Below, in pieces: positions 63,726 to 64,000 of a DNA stretch of 64,000 nt. The position numbers and the translations under genes are program-made. Source of the DNA: Paraphysomonas bandaiensis (lineage: Eukaryota; Protista; Chrysophyceae); the NCBI GenBank assembly GCA_965644295.1, contig CBFFRP010000159.1, positions 61,676-125,675 of the forward strand, in the 5' to 3' direction. A model generated the notes under the pieces. That model ran no database searches and was not told the origin of the DNA. It saw only the letters and a list, made by a program, of their open reading frames with translations. Numbering within the stretch: the first letter of the stretch is position 1; every line of letters starts with the position of its first letter.

Positions 63726-64000
63726 CACACCGCGTCCTCACCACACACTCATGACGCGTGTTCGACGCTCTTGTGGGGCGTTTTTGGTCAAATTCAAATT
63801 TTTTTTGTACGTGTTTTTCTATATGTTATGCTGCGCCGTGCTCGATCTGGGCGCACATGCATGTCTAGATGTGTCCGGTGCGAGGAACATATTTTGAAAT
63901 GCATGCACTTCATCTCCATGTGCAGTTAGTTTCTATCACATCAACACCATATCAATAGTAGCATGTGATGTGATGTGATGTGATGTCATCTGGGACACAC

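Larger units (their letters stand above)
61617..64000. mobile_element. Second, longer copy of the TAA-type TIR element; right end not within the window
   Basis: 61617-62097 is near-identical to 42507-42884 plus 49343-49447, then diverges into internal tandem repeats. Confidence 0.75.

Overview
Gene-dense eukaryotic nuclear DNA with short (mostly ~45-70 nt) GT-AG introns and the standard code. WDR35/IFT121 implies a flagellated lineage, and the gene set suggests a stramenopile-like protist (inference). The left ~41 kb is mostly host genes: a double-PH protein, WDR35, a TPR fragment, two large orphan coiled-coil genes, RPL39, LSM2, snurportin-1, an intronless Gly-rich P-loop GTPase, an L-type lectin, a type I membrane protein, a B-box/RhoGEF/PH protein and an isopentenyl phosphate kinase. 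The right ~23 kb is dominated by mobile DNA. (i) A nested stack: an old repeat holds a TIR element with TAA TSD, which holds an APE-RT-RNaseH LINE with a 13-bp TSD, which holds a TG..CA solo-LTR-like insert with a CCTT TSD. (ii) Two different TIR DNA transposons sit end to end, bounded by three AATT copies, at the centre of a 20-bp palindrome; one encodes an intact pogo-like DD40D transposase, although pogo/Tc1-mariner elements normally duplicate TA. (iii) A second copy of the TAA-type TIR element carries a tandem array of exon-intron units. Also notable: an invariant 18-nt motif in five dispersed LINE 3' ends, and long (TATG)n arrays with consistent strand polarity in divergent promoters. Exon boundaries were read by eye, and some gene ends are approximate.
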